Below are positions 1-10,400 of a stretch of DNA of 64,000 nt, one piece after another; the stretch's first letter is position 1; every line of letters begins with the position of its first letter. Both the position numbers and the translations under genes were made by a program. The notes below the pieces were generated by a model. It was not told the origin of the DNA. It made no database searches and worked only from the letters and a program-made list of their open reading frames with translations. Origin of the DNA: Thermoanaerobaculia bacterium (GTDB lineage: Bacteria; Acidobacteriota; Thermoanaerobaculia; UBA5066; Gp7-AA6); assembly GCA_038253555.1 (NCBI GenBank), contig JBBSGZ010000002.1, positions 4,224 to 68,223 on the forward strand, read 5' to 3'.

Positions 1-10
1 GCGAATCCGG

Positions 11-2560
11 TCACGAGGCGGGCCCCTTCAACCTCTCCTGCAGCGAAGCCAGAAGCGAGAGCGCCGCGATGGGAGTGAGCCGGTTCACGTCGACCTCACG
101 CATCTTTTCGAGAACCAGCCCTTCGTCGGAGGAAAACAGGAGAATCTGCCCGTCCCCCGCGCTCGCGCCCGCGTGCCGCGCGATGACGGGCGCTCCCTGG
201 ACGTCGAGCTCCTGCTTTTCGAGGTTCGAGAGGACCTCTCGCGCGCGTGTGATGAGTTCCCGCGGAAGCCCGGCGAGCTCCGCCACCTGGATGCCGTAGC
301 TCCGGTCGGCGGCTCCGGGAACGACCTTGCGGAGGAACACGACCTTCCCGTCGATTTCTCTGACCGCCATCGTCGCGTTTGCGATCCCCGGCCGCACGAG
401 CGCGATCTCCGTCAGCTCGTGGTAGTGCGTGGCGAAGAGGACGAATCCCGCCCGGTCGGGCACGTCGTGGAGGTGCTCCACGAGCGCCCAGGCGATCGAG
501 AGTCCATCGAACGTCGACGTGCCGCGGCCCACTTCGTCCAGGATGACGAGGCTTTTCGCGGTGGCGCCGCGCAGGATCGCCGCCGACTCCAGCATCTCCA
601 CCATGAAAGTCGATTCGCCGCGCGAGAGATGGTCGGAGGCACCCACGCGCGTGAAAATGCGGTCGAAGATCGACAGCTCGGCGTGCGAGGCGGGAACGAA
701 CGAGCCCGCCTGCGCCAGAAGGACGGCCGTCGCCACCTGCCGCAAATACGTGGATTTCCCTCCCATGTTCGGACCGGTGACGAGCAGGATCCTCTTCTCG
801 GCGGAGAGGTCGCAGTCGTTCGGAATGAACGGCTCTTCGCGGCGAACGGCTTCGACGATCGGATGGCGAGCATCGCTCAGGCAAAGCCGGGGCCGCGTGG
901 AAAGCGTGGGACGGACCCACCTCCCCGACGCCGCAATCTCGGCGAGGCTCGCCGTCACGTCCATTGCCGCCGCGGCGCAGGCCACGGACGAGACGCGCGG
1001 TCCCGCGGCGGCGAGCTCGCGCAGGAGCTCGCCGTAAATCCGGTCTTCGATTTCACCTATGCGTTCTTCGGCACCGAGAATTTTTTCTTCGAGCGTCTTC
1101 AGCGCCGGAGTGACGAAGCGCTCCGCGTTCGCAAGCGACTGCCGGCGGATCCAGTCCTCGGGGACCCGATCGCGGTGCGCGTGGCCGACCTCGAGCGAGT
1201 AGCCGAACACGCGGTTGTACCGGATCCGGAGGTTGGAGATGCCGGATCGGCGCCGCTCCTCCGCCTCGATGGCGAGCAGGGCGCCCTGCGCGTCCCGCCG
1301 GAGCGACCGCAGAGAGTCGAGCTCCGCGTCGGCGCCGTCGCGGATAGCGCCGCCGGCGGAGGCCAGGATCGGAGGCTCGGCCGCGAGCGTTTCGCGGACC
1401 CGCTTCGCGAGATCGGATACGTCGGGCATGCCGTCGAGAAACCCGCGGAGGCGCAGCGACGTCAGGGGGGCGCCCGCCTCGCGCACTCGAGGAATCGCTT
1501 CGAGACCCGCCGACCACGCGGCCACTTCCCGAGGGCCGGCCGTCTCCGTCGATATTCGGGCGAAGCGCCGCTCGAGATCCCCCACGCCGTCGAGCGCTCG
1601 CTGAATTTCCTCCCGGGAACCCGGGCTCAGCACCAGCTCCTGGACGGCGTCCCACCGGGACTCGATTTCGACCGGGTCCGTCGACGGTCGGGCGAGCGCA
1701 TCGCGGAGCGCCCGGGCCCCCGGAGGCGTGCGTGTGCGGTCGAGAAGGGCGCAGAGGCTGCGTTCCGTCGATCCATCGGAAGACTCGAAGATCTCGAGCG
1801 TCGCGATCGCCGAGGCATCGAGCCCCATGCGCTCGCCGAACCGCAGCGCCTCCGGCGGGCCGATGTGCTCCGCGCCCCGGGGGCGCATCTCGGTGGCATA
1901 CGCGAGCGCCGCGGCGGCGGCGGCCCCGCCGGACGACTCCGGCCGTGCGCGCGCCGCCGATGCCGCGTCGAACCAGGCTCCCGGCCTCCGGGTCTCGGCT
2001 GCCCCCCGGGGAATCGGAGCGAAGGCTCCTTCCGGAAGAAGGACTTCGCGCGGACGGAAGAGCGCCAGCGCATCCGCGAGACGGGAGGCCGGAAGCAACC
2101 CCGCAAAAAAGCGCCCCGTGGAAAGGTCCAGAAAGGACGCCTCCCACTCCGCGTCCGCGGCGGCGGCCGACGGCCCCTCCGGCGGGAGAAGGGCGGCGAG
2201 GAAAGACGCCGCCGTGGGGACGAGCGACTCGGCATCCAGCACCGTTCCCGGCGTGACGATGCGCGTGATGTCCCGGCGGAGGATGCCCTTGGCAGCCCTC
2301 GCGTCTTCCATCTGGTCGCAGACCGCGACTTTTCGGCCGGACGCGACGAGACGCGCGATGTGGTGGTCGGCGCTCTGCCACGGAACTCCGCACATCGGAG
2401 CTTCGATGTCCGAGTCTCGATTGCGCGCCGTCAGGGCAATTCCCAGGATGGGCGCGGCCTCGCGCGCGTCCTCGAAGAACATTTCGTAGAAGTCGCCCAT
2501 GCGGTAGAAGAGGATCGCGTCCGGCGCCCGGCTCTTCATTTCGAAGTACTGCCGCAGCAT
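11..2560 (-). CDS. mutS: DNA mismatch repair protein MutS
   Basis: N-terminus MLRQYFEMK..ILFYRMGDFYEMFFEDA, Walker A GPNMGGKSTYLRQ, about 850 aa. The first ATG of the 1062-aa ORF is an Arg/Ala-rich extension; I chose the ATG at 2560. Confidence 0.9.
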   Translation of the reverse strand: MLRQYFEMKSRAPDAILFYRMGDFYEMFFEDAREAAPILGIALTARNRDSDIEAPMCGVPWQSADHHIARLVASGRKVAVCDQMEDARAAKGILRRDITRIVTPGTVLDAESLVPTAASFLAALLPPEGPSAAAADAEWEASFLDLSTGRFFAGLLPASRLADALALFRPREVLLPEGAFAPIPRGAAETRRPGAWFDAASAARARPESSGGAAAAAALAYATEMRPRGAEHIGPPEALRFGERMGLDASAIATLEIFESSDGSTERSLCALLDRTRTPPGARALRDALARPSTDPVEIESRWDAVQELVLSPGSREEIQRALDGVGDLERRFARISTETAGPREVAAWSAGLEAIPRVREAGAPLTSLRLRGFLDGMPDVSDLAKRVRETLAAEPPILASAGGAIRDGADAELDSLRSLRRDAQGALLAIEAEERRRSGISNLRIRYNRVFGYSLEVGHAHRDRVPEDWIRRQSLANAERFVTPALKTLEEKILGAEERIGEIEDRIYGELLRELAAAGPRVSSVACAAAAMDVTASLAEIAASGRWVRPTLSTRPRLCLSDARHPIVEAVRREEPFIPNDCDLSAEKRILLVTGPNMGGKSTYLRQVATAVLLAQAGSFVPASHAELSIFDRIFTRVGASDHLSRGESTFMVEMLESAAILRGATAKSLVILDEVGRGTSTFDGLSIAWALVEHLHDVPDRAGFVLFATHYHELTEIALVRPGIANATMAVREIDGKVVFLRKVVPGAADRSYGIQVAELAGLPRELITRAREVLSNLEKQELDVQGAPVIARHAGASAGDGQILLFSSDEGLVLEKMREVDVNRLTPIAALSLLASLQERLKGPAS

Positions 2561-2687
2561 CGGCGTCTCGCGTGCGTTCGAGGTGCTCACCGGGGCAGCC
2601 CTCCCGCCGTCTCGCGAGGAAAGGACATGCGGAGTCGTCTTCCCGGGCTTTCCATGGGTGATCGGGTTAGCATACCGGTTCGGAACG

Positions 2688-3347
2688 GTGAAGCCATTGC
2701 GGACCTTCTGCATCCTCGCGCTCGACACCGCCAGCCCCTCGCCGGCCGTGACGGTCCTCGCCGGCGAAAACGCGTTCGACGAACCCCTTCCTTCCGACCG
2801 CCAGTCCTCCGAGCGGCTTCTCGCCTCGATCGAGACGTGCCTGGCAAGCGCCGGCGTTTCTCTCTCCGATTGCACGCGCATCGCCGTCTGCTCGGGCCCC
2901 GGCTCGTTTACCGGAGTGCGCATCGGCCTTGCTACGGCCTGGGGGCTCGGCCGCGCCCTCGACTGCGACGTCGAAACGGTGTCGACGCTCGACGCCATCG
3001 CGGAAGCCGCCCGCGGAGCGGAGCGCCCTCGTGTCGCGGCGGCGCTCGACGCCGGCCGAGGCGAGATCGTCTGGCAGGCGTTCGACCTGACGGGCCCCCG
3101 CGCGGCCGCGCTCGGCCCTGCGGCGCGGGCGGCCCGGGCGAAAGCCGGGTCCCTGGTGTTCCCGGGGATCCCGTTCGCGTCCGTCCCTCGCGATCTCATA
3201 GGACCGGACGGCCTGGCGCTGAACGCCCCCGTTTCCCGCGCGCTGGCGCTGGCCGTGGCGCGTCAGCCGGCCGAGAGTCCGGCAGCCCATTTCGCGGCCA
3301 TCTATTCGCGACCGAGCGCCGCCGAGGAGAAGCGTGGCGCTCCGTAA
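2688..3347 (+). CDS. tsaB: tRNA threonylcarbamoyladenosine biosynthesis protein TsaB (YeaZ)
   Basis: ILALDTA...GPGSFTGVRIGLA motif. Likely GTG start at 2688; the ORF track allows ATG at 2583. Confidence 0.8.
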   Translation: MKPLRTFCILALDTASPSPAVTVLAGENAFDEPLPSDRQSSERLLASIETCLASAGVSLSDCTRIAVCSGPGSFTGVRIGLATAWGLGRALDCDVETVSTLDAIAEAARGAERPRVAAALDAGRGEIVWQAFDLTGPRAAALGPAARAARAKAGSLVFPGIPFASVPRDLIGPDGLALNAPVSRALALAVARQPAESPAAHFAAIYSRPSAAEEKRGAP

Positions 3348-3819
3348 TCCGAGTCCCTCCACCTACGCGGTGGCTCCGGCACGATCCGAAGATCTAGACG
3401 AGATCGCCCGGATCGAGCGGGAGTCTTTCCTCGTTCCGTGGAAGCGCGAGTTCTTCGCCGCGGAGCTCGAAGAGCCGTATCGATATGCTCGGGTCTTGGT
3501 CGGCGGCCGAGATTCCGAGCCGCGCGTCGGCGGGTACCTCTTTGCCGTGTCGCTCTACGAAGAGTTTCACGTCAATAAAATCGCGACGGACCCGCGTTTG
3601 AGGAATTCCGGACACGGGCGCCGTCTGCTGGAAGACGCGTTATCGCGCGCGCGGAGCGTCGGAGCGACCGCGGTGACGCTGGAGGTCCGACTCTCCAACC
3701 TTCCGGCGCGCGAGTTCTATCGCTCCTACGGATTCCGCGAGGCCTATCGCCGGAAGTCTTACTACCAGGATGGCGAGGACGCCCTCGCGATGGTCCTGGC
3801 ACTCGACGACAAAACCTAG
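3334..3819 (+). CDS. rimI: ribosomal-protein-alanine N-acetyltransferase (GNAT), RimI
   Basis: GNAT fold motifs (LEVRLSNLPAREFYRSYGF). Overlaps the tsaB 3' end, the usual tsaB-rimI pairing. Confidence 0.8.
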   Translation: MALRNPSPSTYAVAPARSEDLDEIARIERESFLVPWKREFFAAELEEPYRYARVLVGGRDSEPRVGGYLFAVSLYEEFHVNKIATDPRLRNSGHGRRLLEDALSRARSVGATAVTLEVRLSNLPAREFYRSYGFREAYRRKSYYQDGEDALAMVLALDDKT

Positions 3820-4058
3820 GGGCCTGCGCTTCCAGGACCGACGCTTTCTGGTCCGCTTCGACGGCAACTGACGATCCAGGCGCTTCTCCGAGAGGGTTTG
3901 TCCTCGCGCTCGCCTCCGGAGATCACGCGGGCGCGGGCGAAGTCGAGCGGGCTCCGAAGGTTGGGCCGAGGTCCTTGCACCCCCCGGGGTTGGTCGTTAG
4001 ACTCCGCGACATGGCCTTCCTTTTGCTCCATTCCAATCAAAAAAGGAGGTTCGAGCCG

Positions 4059-4280
4059 ATGGAAAACTCGACGGAAGCCCTGCCGGAAGTCGACGCGGAG
4101 TACCGCCGCCTCCAGGACGCCCACCAGGATCATGAGCACCGCCTTCAAACCCTCGCCGGAAAATCAGCCCTCTCCGAAGAGGAAGAAATCGAAGAGAAAC
4201 GCCTGAAGAAGGAGAAGCTCGCCCTGAAGGACAGAATGGAGGCCATCCTGCGGACCCGGCGCGAAGGGGTCACGCACTGA
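4059..4280 (+). CDS. DUF465 (YdcH-like) small protein
   Basis: MENSTEALPEVDAEYRRLQDAHQDHEHRL...LKKEKLALKDRMEAIL. Strong SD (aaaaaggagg) before the ATG at 4059. The 5' part of the 3975 ORF is an extension. Confidence 0.65.
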   Translation: MENSTEALPEVDAEYRRLQDAHQDHEHRLQTLAGKSALSEEEEIEEKRLKKEKLALKDRMEAILRTRREGVTH

Positions 4281-4330
4281 GGTTCCCCCTCGCTCGCGAG
4301 GGATGGAAGTTCATTCTTCCCCCTCTCCTG

Positions 4331-4945
4331 TTGACGGCCGCAGCGGCCGCGACGGGGCATCCGATCTGGGCCGTGGCGCTCGGGGCGCCCACCCTTTTCC
4401 TCATCTCGTTTTTCCGGGACCCGGAGCGCCGGCCCGTCGCCGGCCCCGAAATCATCGTCTCCCCCGCCGATGGATCAGTCCTCTCGATCGGCTCCGCGGC
4501 GGAGGCCCCGCCGGGCGCGGGCACGCGGATCTCGATCTTCATGTCGGTGTTCAACGTGCACGTGAACCGGTCCCCCGTCTCCGGGCGCGTTTCCGACTAC
4601 GCCTATTCGCCCGGGAAAAAGCTCGCCGCCTTCGCCGAAAAGGCGTCCCACGAGAATGAGCAGAATCTGATCACCATGGAGGGGAGCGCGGGCCGCATCG
4701 CGTTCAAGCAGATTGCGGGCGCGATTGCCCGCCGGATCATCTTCTATCCGAAACCGGGCGACCCGGTCGATCGGGCGCAGCGAATCGGAATCATTCTCTT
4801 CGGCTCGCGGGTCGACCTCTTCGTCCCGGATGGCGCCGACGTCCTGGTCAAAAAGGGGCAGAAGGTGCGGGCCGGCCTGACGGGGCTGGCACGGTTTCCG
4901 TCGCCGCCGCCGGGACAGGGCGGGCGTCCCGCGGCGCGCGCGTGA
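4331..4945 (+). CDS. psd: phosphatidylserine decarboxylase (short archaeal/rhizobial-type proenzyme)
   Basis: FFRDPER...SPADG...SIFMSVFNVHVNRSP...GS motifs. The first canonical start is TTG at 4331, but the conserved N-terminus AREGWKFIL is encoded in frame upstream (4292-4318), so the true start is probably upstream (about 4277). Confidence 0.8.
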   Translation: MTAAAAATGHPIWAVALGAPTLFLISFFRDPERRPVAGPEIIVSPADGSVLSIGSAAEAPPGAGTRISIFMSVFNVHVNRSPVSGRVSDYAYSPGKKLAAFAEKASHENEQNLITMEGSAGRIAFKQIAGAIARRIIFYPKPGDPVDRAQRIGIILFGSRVDLFVPDGADVLVKKGQKVRAGLTGLARFPSPPPGQGGRPAARA

Positions 4946-5724
4946 GCGACGCCCCGCTCGATGCTTCTGAAGCGAGCGCTCACCGGCCGCGTCGCCGGCG
5001 TCTCTCCCGTGAACGCCTGTCGCGCGGGCTCTTCGTCCTCCCGACGCTCTTCACCGTCGGAAACCTGTTCTGCGGTTACCTGTCCCTGTGGAGCTCGATC
5101 AATGGGACGTTCGAGCGCGCGGCGCTCCTCATCATCCTGGCCGCGATTCTCGACATGCTCGACGGGCGCGTCGCCCGCCTGACCAACTCGACGTCAGAGT
5201 TTGGCGAGGAGTACGACTCCCTCGCGGATCTCGTCTCCTTCGGGGTCGCTCCGGCGATTCTCGTCTACTCGTGGGGCCTCGCCGACTTCCATCGCCTCGG
5301 TCTCGCCGTCTCTTTCTTCTTCGTCGTCTGCGGATCGATGCGCCTGGCCCGCTTCAACATCCAGACGAAAATCGCGGACAAGAAGTATTTCGTCGGTCTG
5401 CCGATTCCCGCCGCGGCTGGGACCGTCTGCACCCTCGTCCTCGCGACCCCGGAGCCCCTGGTCGACCGGGTCTGGATGACGGGGGTCCTGATCGTCACGT
5501 TTCTTCTCTCATACCTGATGATTTCCACCATCAAGTACCGCTCGTTCAAGGACCTCGATCTGCGCCGCCGCCGGCCCGCATGGATCCTGCCCGCGATCGC
5601 CGTCTTCTTCATGGCGATCGCGTACAGCGCCTATCCCACCCTCCTCGCCCTGGCGGCGATCTTCGCGGCGTCCGGTCCGATCGCGAAGGTCTACGGTTTC
5701 CTCCGGCGGCGCAAAAAAGCCTGA
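4942..5724 (+). CDS. pssA: CDP-diacylglycerol--serine O-phosphatidyltransferase
   Basis: CDP-alcohol phosphatidyltransferase motif DMLDGRVAR...G...D...D with multiple TM segments. GTG start overlaps the psd stop (GTGA). Confidence 0.85.
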   Translation: MSDAPLDASEASAHRPRRRRLSRERLSRGLFVLPTLFTVGNLFCGYLSLWSSINGTFERAALLIILAAILDMLDGRVARLTNSTSEFGEEYDSLADLVSFGVAPAILVYSWGLADFHRLGLAVSFFFVVCGSMRLARFNIQTKIADKKYFVGLPIPAAAGTVCTLVLATPEPLVDRVWMTGVLIVTFLLSYLMISTIKYRSFKDLDLRRRRPAWILPAIAVFFMAIAYSAYPTLLALAAIFAASGPIAKVYGFLRRRKKA

Positions 5725-5808
5725 GCCCGGGGTCGCCCGCACCGGTTCACGCGCCCTCCTCTAAAAGCAGAGCCGCTGCCGGTCCGGATCGACCATCGTG
5801 CCGCTGCT

Positions 5809-5988
5809 TCATTTCGTAGCGCCGCACGAAGGGAGGCCGCCCGGCGGCTGCCCTGCCCGGAAGGAGCGCGTCTGCCCGTCAGGATCCTGAGTGAGATATT
5901 CGCGCCGACGCTCCGTCCAGAAATCCGCGTCCGGGTCATGTTCGTCGAGCGGCTCCGGGAACGCCTCCTCCTGGAAGGCGGTCAGCAT
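5809..5988 (-). CDS. possible small acidic hypothetical protein
   Basis: ORF 5809..6078 has protein-like acidic composition (MLTAFQEEAFPEPLDEHDPDADFWTERRREYL). No homology recognised; could be spurious. Confidence 0.2.
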   Translation of the reverse strand: MLTAFQEEAFPEPLDEHDPDADFWTERRREYLTQDPDGQTRSFRAGQPPGGLPSCGATK

Positions 5989-6037
5989 CGCCGCGATCGT
6001 CTCCGCGTCACAAACCGCCGCTGCCGGATCCGGATCG

Positions 6038-7496
6038 TCATTTCCGCGGCCCTTTTGGCGCTTCCGCGCTGGCGGCACCCGGGCCGCCCTCTCGCGTCAC
6101 TTCGGGGCCCGCGGCCGCGATGATGTGGATCCGATGGGCACAGCACTCTTTTGCCCCCCTGCGCAGAACGACCCGCGCCGGGGCGATCTTCTCGCCGGGC
6201 CCGACGAGGGTCTCGAAGAACCGCACGCGCGTGGCGCGGCCGAGGGTCACCGCGCGTCCATCCGGACCGAACACCTCGAACCGGTCGAATCCTCCGGCGC
6301 GCACGTCCGAAATGCCCCCTGAAGGAAAGTCAACCTCGACCCAGTTGGAAGTCCGAGAAATGACCGAGGCATTCGGGGTGGGATTCTCCGCGCTGACGAT
6401 GACGGACCCGCCGCTCCTCTCGAGGCCCACGCGCAGGTCGGGTCCGAGCGGCCTGCCGAGCAGAACGTCGTTCAACGCCGCGAGCGTGAAGATACGGTCC
6501 GCCTCCGCACGCCCGGCGAGGAGCACGACGCGGCCTCGCACGAACCGCCGCCCGGCGAGGTCCGCGCCCAGGCGATACACGAGGTCCGACACGGAGGGCT
6601 GGCGGAAGACGACCCGCTCCCCCGGAGAAAACCGCACATTCCCGACGCTGACCGGCTGGTGAGGCGTCAGCAGGAACGAGGAGCTCGACTCCTCCTTCAG
6701 CGAAAGATTGTGGGAGAACTCGACCGCAGGGTCGTCGGTCAGACGCGCGAGAACCGACTCGGCCAGCAGGCGTTCGGTTCCCCCCGCCGGAGTCGATCGG
6801 CCGCGGGCGGAGGGCGCGTAGCCGGCGAGCCAGGGAGTGCCGAGCTGATCCACCGCGGACGGATCTGCCGTCGGGCCTTCGCCGAACACGACCGCGACCG
6901 CCCCATCCGTCGACGCGATGATCTTCTGGAGCGCCACGCGCTGCGGCTCGGCCGGAGAAAAAGGCAGGGTCCACGTGAGCAGCATCGCCCGGGGGAGACG
7001 GGCACGGAATGCTTCGACGGCTTTCGCCCAGGCGGCGGATTCCGGCGCGGCAAAGGGAACGTCGAGGTGTACGCCGCGGACCCGGCCGTAGAGTGCAGCG
7101 TCCCGCAGGGTCGATTTCGCCGCGATCCAGAGCGCGTCGCCCAGGGCCTGCGCGGCGCCGGGAGCGGCGAGGGCCGACGCCGTGTCGTCGCCGGTCGAGA
7201 AAACGAGCGACACGGGCAGCTTCCGGTAAGGCCCGGCGGGCCGCTCCGCCGGTGTCGCGGTCCACCGCCCTCTCGCGCAGGTCAGCGTTGCCGCGGGAAC
7301 GAAGACGGAGGCGAATCCCGCTCGGGCCATCCCGGGCTCGATCGCGTCCACGGACTCTGAGGTGCCGTCCGGCAGCCAGACCGCATCGCCCGCCGTCAGG
7401 CGCGCCGTCGACGGAGAGGCGCGCCGACCGCAGCGGGGGGTAAACACGAGAACAGCGAGGAGGACAGAGAGAACCGCCCGGCCGGCCCGGCTCAAG
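6038..7496 (-). CDS. hypothetical secreted protein (signal peptide), function unknown
   Basis: Conserved-looking 486-aa core beginning M(TTG)[21 protein letters not shown]. The TTG start overlaps the TGA of the upstream kinase (TTGA). The Arg-rich 5' part of the 1005-aa ORF is antisense artefact. Confidence 0.5.
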
Positions 7497-10400
7497 CAGG
7501 GACCTCGGCCGCTTCCAGGAGCGGGAGATCGAAGCTCACGCGAAATCCTCCTTCCGGTCGGTTCTCCGCGTGGATCTTTCCGCCATGCTCTTCCACGATT
7601 TTCTTGGCGATCGCGAGGCCGAGGCCGGTGCCCCCGCTCTTTGCCGAGAAGTACGGGTCGAAAAGTCTCGGCAGGATCTCGGCGACCACGCCCGGACCGG
7701 TGTCCTCGACGGCAATCTCCGCGTGACCGTCCATGGGGCGCGCGGCGACCCGGATCGTTCCCGGTTTTCCGCCGAGAGCCTCGACGGCATTGCCGATGAG
7801 GTTCGAGAACACGCGGCCCAGCAGGCGCGGGTCCGCATTCGCCGTGATTCCGGGCTCGATCCGGAGGTCCCATTCGATTCCCTTCGCGCCGGCGTATGCG
7901 GCGGCGGACTCCGCGGCGAGCCGCGAAACGTCCGTCGGCTGGATCTCGGGAGCCGGCAGCCGCGCGTAGTCCGAAAACTCCGACGCGGACCGCCGCAGCT
8001 CCTCCGTTTGCTTGAGCACGTTCGCGACGCATTCGTCGAGCACTGCCTCGAAGTTGCCGGAGCCGCGCCGCCAGACCTCCCGGAGGTGCTCGACGGAAAG
8101 ACGAATGGGCGTCAGCGGGTTCTTGATCTCGTGCGCGATGATTCGCGCCATCTCCGCCCAGGCAGCGAGCCGGTTCGAGCGGACAACGTCGGAAACGTCT
8201 TCGAGCACCGCCATGCGGGTGCCCTCTCCCCCGAGAGGAAGGGGGACGGTGACGATGCGCCACCGCTCCCCGGGCCGGGGCTCGATCTCCACTGAGGACA
8301 AAGATACCGAATCGTCGGAGAGAACGCTCCGCACGACGGCCATCGAGCGGCCGGGAAAGACCTCCTCGAGTGTCCGCCCCTCGGCCCTTCCTCCCCCGAG
8401 ACCCGCCGCGGCGGGGTTCGCGAGGACCACCGTTCCGTTCTCCCGGTACGCGACCACGCCCGCGGTCAGGTGGGCCAGGAGGGTCGCGAGACGCTCCTTC
8501 TCCGCCGAGAGAGCCTCGGTGTGTTCCTTCAGGCTGCGCGACATCGAAAGGAAGGCCCGGACGAGCTCGCGCAGCTCCTCGTCGGGCGGCTCGGTCAATC
8601 GCGGCGCGAAATCGCCCGCGGCCACGGCCCGGGTCCCGGCGACGAGGTCCGCGACCGGCCGCGCGACGCGCACCGCGAGGCGGCTCGCGACCAGGGCCGA
8701 AAAGAGGAACACGAGCAGGCTGAAGGCCGAAACGGCCGCGGTGAATTGGGCCGCTTCCGCCTCCGCGACGCGTTGTTGCGGGAGGAGGAGGATCGAAAGA
8801 AGAGCGGGGCTCCGGACGCCGGGGGCGCCGGGAACGGAGGTCAGGTTCGTCGTGATCTCCTCGAGCCGGCTGCCGGAGACCGGCCGCGATCCGGTCTGCT
8901 GGCCGGAGCCGGAGAGGCCGATGGCGGCAAACGCCGACGCGGGAACGCGATCGGGAACCAGTCCCGCGGAATAGAGGTCGCGCCGCGAAGTCGCGAGCAG
9001 CGTCGAGTCCGGCGCGTACACGGACAGGTCGTAGTCGACGGCGTTCGCGAGCCACGCGAGAATTTCATCATCGAGCGCGACGAGGTTCCCATGCCCGCTG
9101 GATGCGGAGGGCAGGTAGTCGTCCAGCACCTTGCGCGCCGTCTCGAGCCCGGTCCGGGCATGGTCGAGCGTGTCGCGGACCGACCGCGCCACGATGGTCG
9201 TCCGCAGAAAGAACGTCACCGCCATCAGCGGGATCATCACCACGAGCAGGAAGAGCGCGACGAGCCGTCCCCGGAACGTGCGGGGCCCCGCCGGAAACGT
9301 CTCCTGCCCGGAGCGTCGCGCCGCGACCACTCTCCACAGAAAGAGCAGCGCGGAGATCCCGGAGAGCAGCGCGATGCCGGGCAGCAGGAGCGCCGCGGTC
9401 AGGAGCCGTCCCAGAAAATCCGGCCCCGGGACGGCCACCAGCCGATAGCCGTCCGGGATCGGGCGCGCCTCGCCCCAGAGATCGCTCCCCGCAAACGAGA
9501 GATGAACGGGGACCGCATGGTCCGACGCCCGCACGGCCTCGAGAAGCGACGTCGGGAGGAGCGGTCCCTCGTCGCGCCGCGAGCCGTCGCGGGCGTAGGT
9601 GCCGAGAAGCGCTCGCGGCGGCGTGTCGCGGTCCGATCCCCCTTCCTCGCGGATTCCAAGCACGACGCGGCGGTAGAACTCGATGCGTGGCGGGAGGGGC
9701 TCCCACTCGGGCCAGTCCGCCACCCGGACGACGACCGTCCCCCAGCGGCGGCCGCCCGCGGAGAGATCGACGTCGCGCCGGACGATCGCGAGATCGAACC
9801 GGTCGATCCGGACCGGACCGCCCCGCGTCTGGCGTCCGAACTCCGGCTCCGGGATCAGAGAGAACTTGCTGACGGCGCGGCCGGCGGCGTCGAACACCTC
9901 GTAGGAGCTGACGGCCGGGGGGCCCGTCGAGCGCTCGCCGTTCTTCCAGATGCGGTAGGCGAGATCGGACAGGTCGGTTGCGGAAACGGGTGCCGGAAGC
10001 CCCTTTTCCAGGTCGAACCGCCGGACGCGCTCGACCGCCCGCTCGGCCGCGAACGCGGCATCCGCGGACGCGCGGGCCGGGTCGGGAATCCGTATGGACG
10101 CCGCGCGCCGCATGTGCGACACGGCCCGCGCGTGCTCGGAGAGGAGCGATGCGGCGAGGACGACGAGGAGCGCCGCGCCCCCCACGAGCCGCGGGCCGGC
10201 CAGAGTTCCGCGGCCGCGCACCTCCGCGATCGCGCGGGTCCACAGGTGAAAAGAAGCGCCGGCCGCCGCCACGGCCGCCACGAGAAACCCGGGTGCGGCG
10301 GAGACGAGAGCGAGCCCTCCGGCGAGCGCCGCGGCCGTCACGGCGATTGCCGGACCGAGCGGCCGGCTGCGCAGCGGGGAGCGCGCCGCGGAGCCGGCCA

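Noticed and set aside
2561-3199. N-terminal 213-aa extension of the mutS ORF; similar 5' extensions of the hutU, hutH, hemA, hemE, hemN, Mo-oxidoreductase, CDF, kaiC, integrase and DUF481 ORFs.
   Set aside because: The extensions are Arg-rich low complexity and precede the conserved family N-termini. An internal ATG/GTG at the conserved N-terminus was chosen instead.
173-3397. 1074-aa plus-strand ORF and similar very long Arg/Ala/Pro-rich ORFs (e.g. 8470-10749 +, 9068-11530 -, 15017-16138 -, 33045-34319 +, 35169-37166 +, 38617-42048 -, 43982-46012 -, 48809-50317 -).
   Set aside because: They lie antisense to, or frame-shifted within, well-supported genes (mutS, kinase, purA, hem genes, acnA, hemN/H/Y, CDF/Mo-enzyme). 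Their extreme Arg/Pro/Gly composition is the expected artefact of 70% G+C sequence lacking stop codons.
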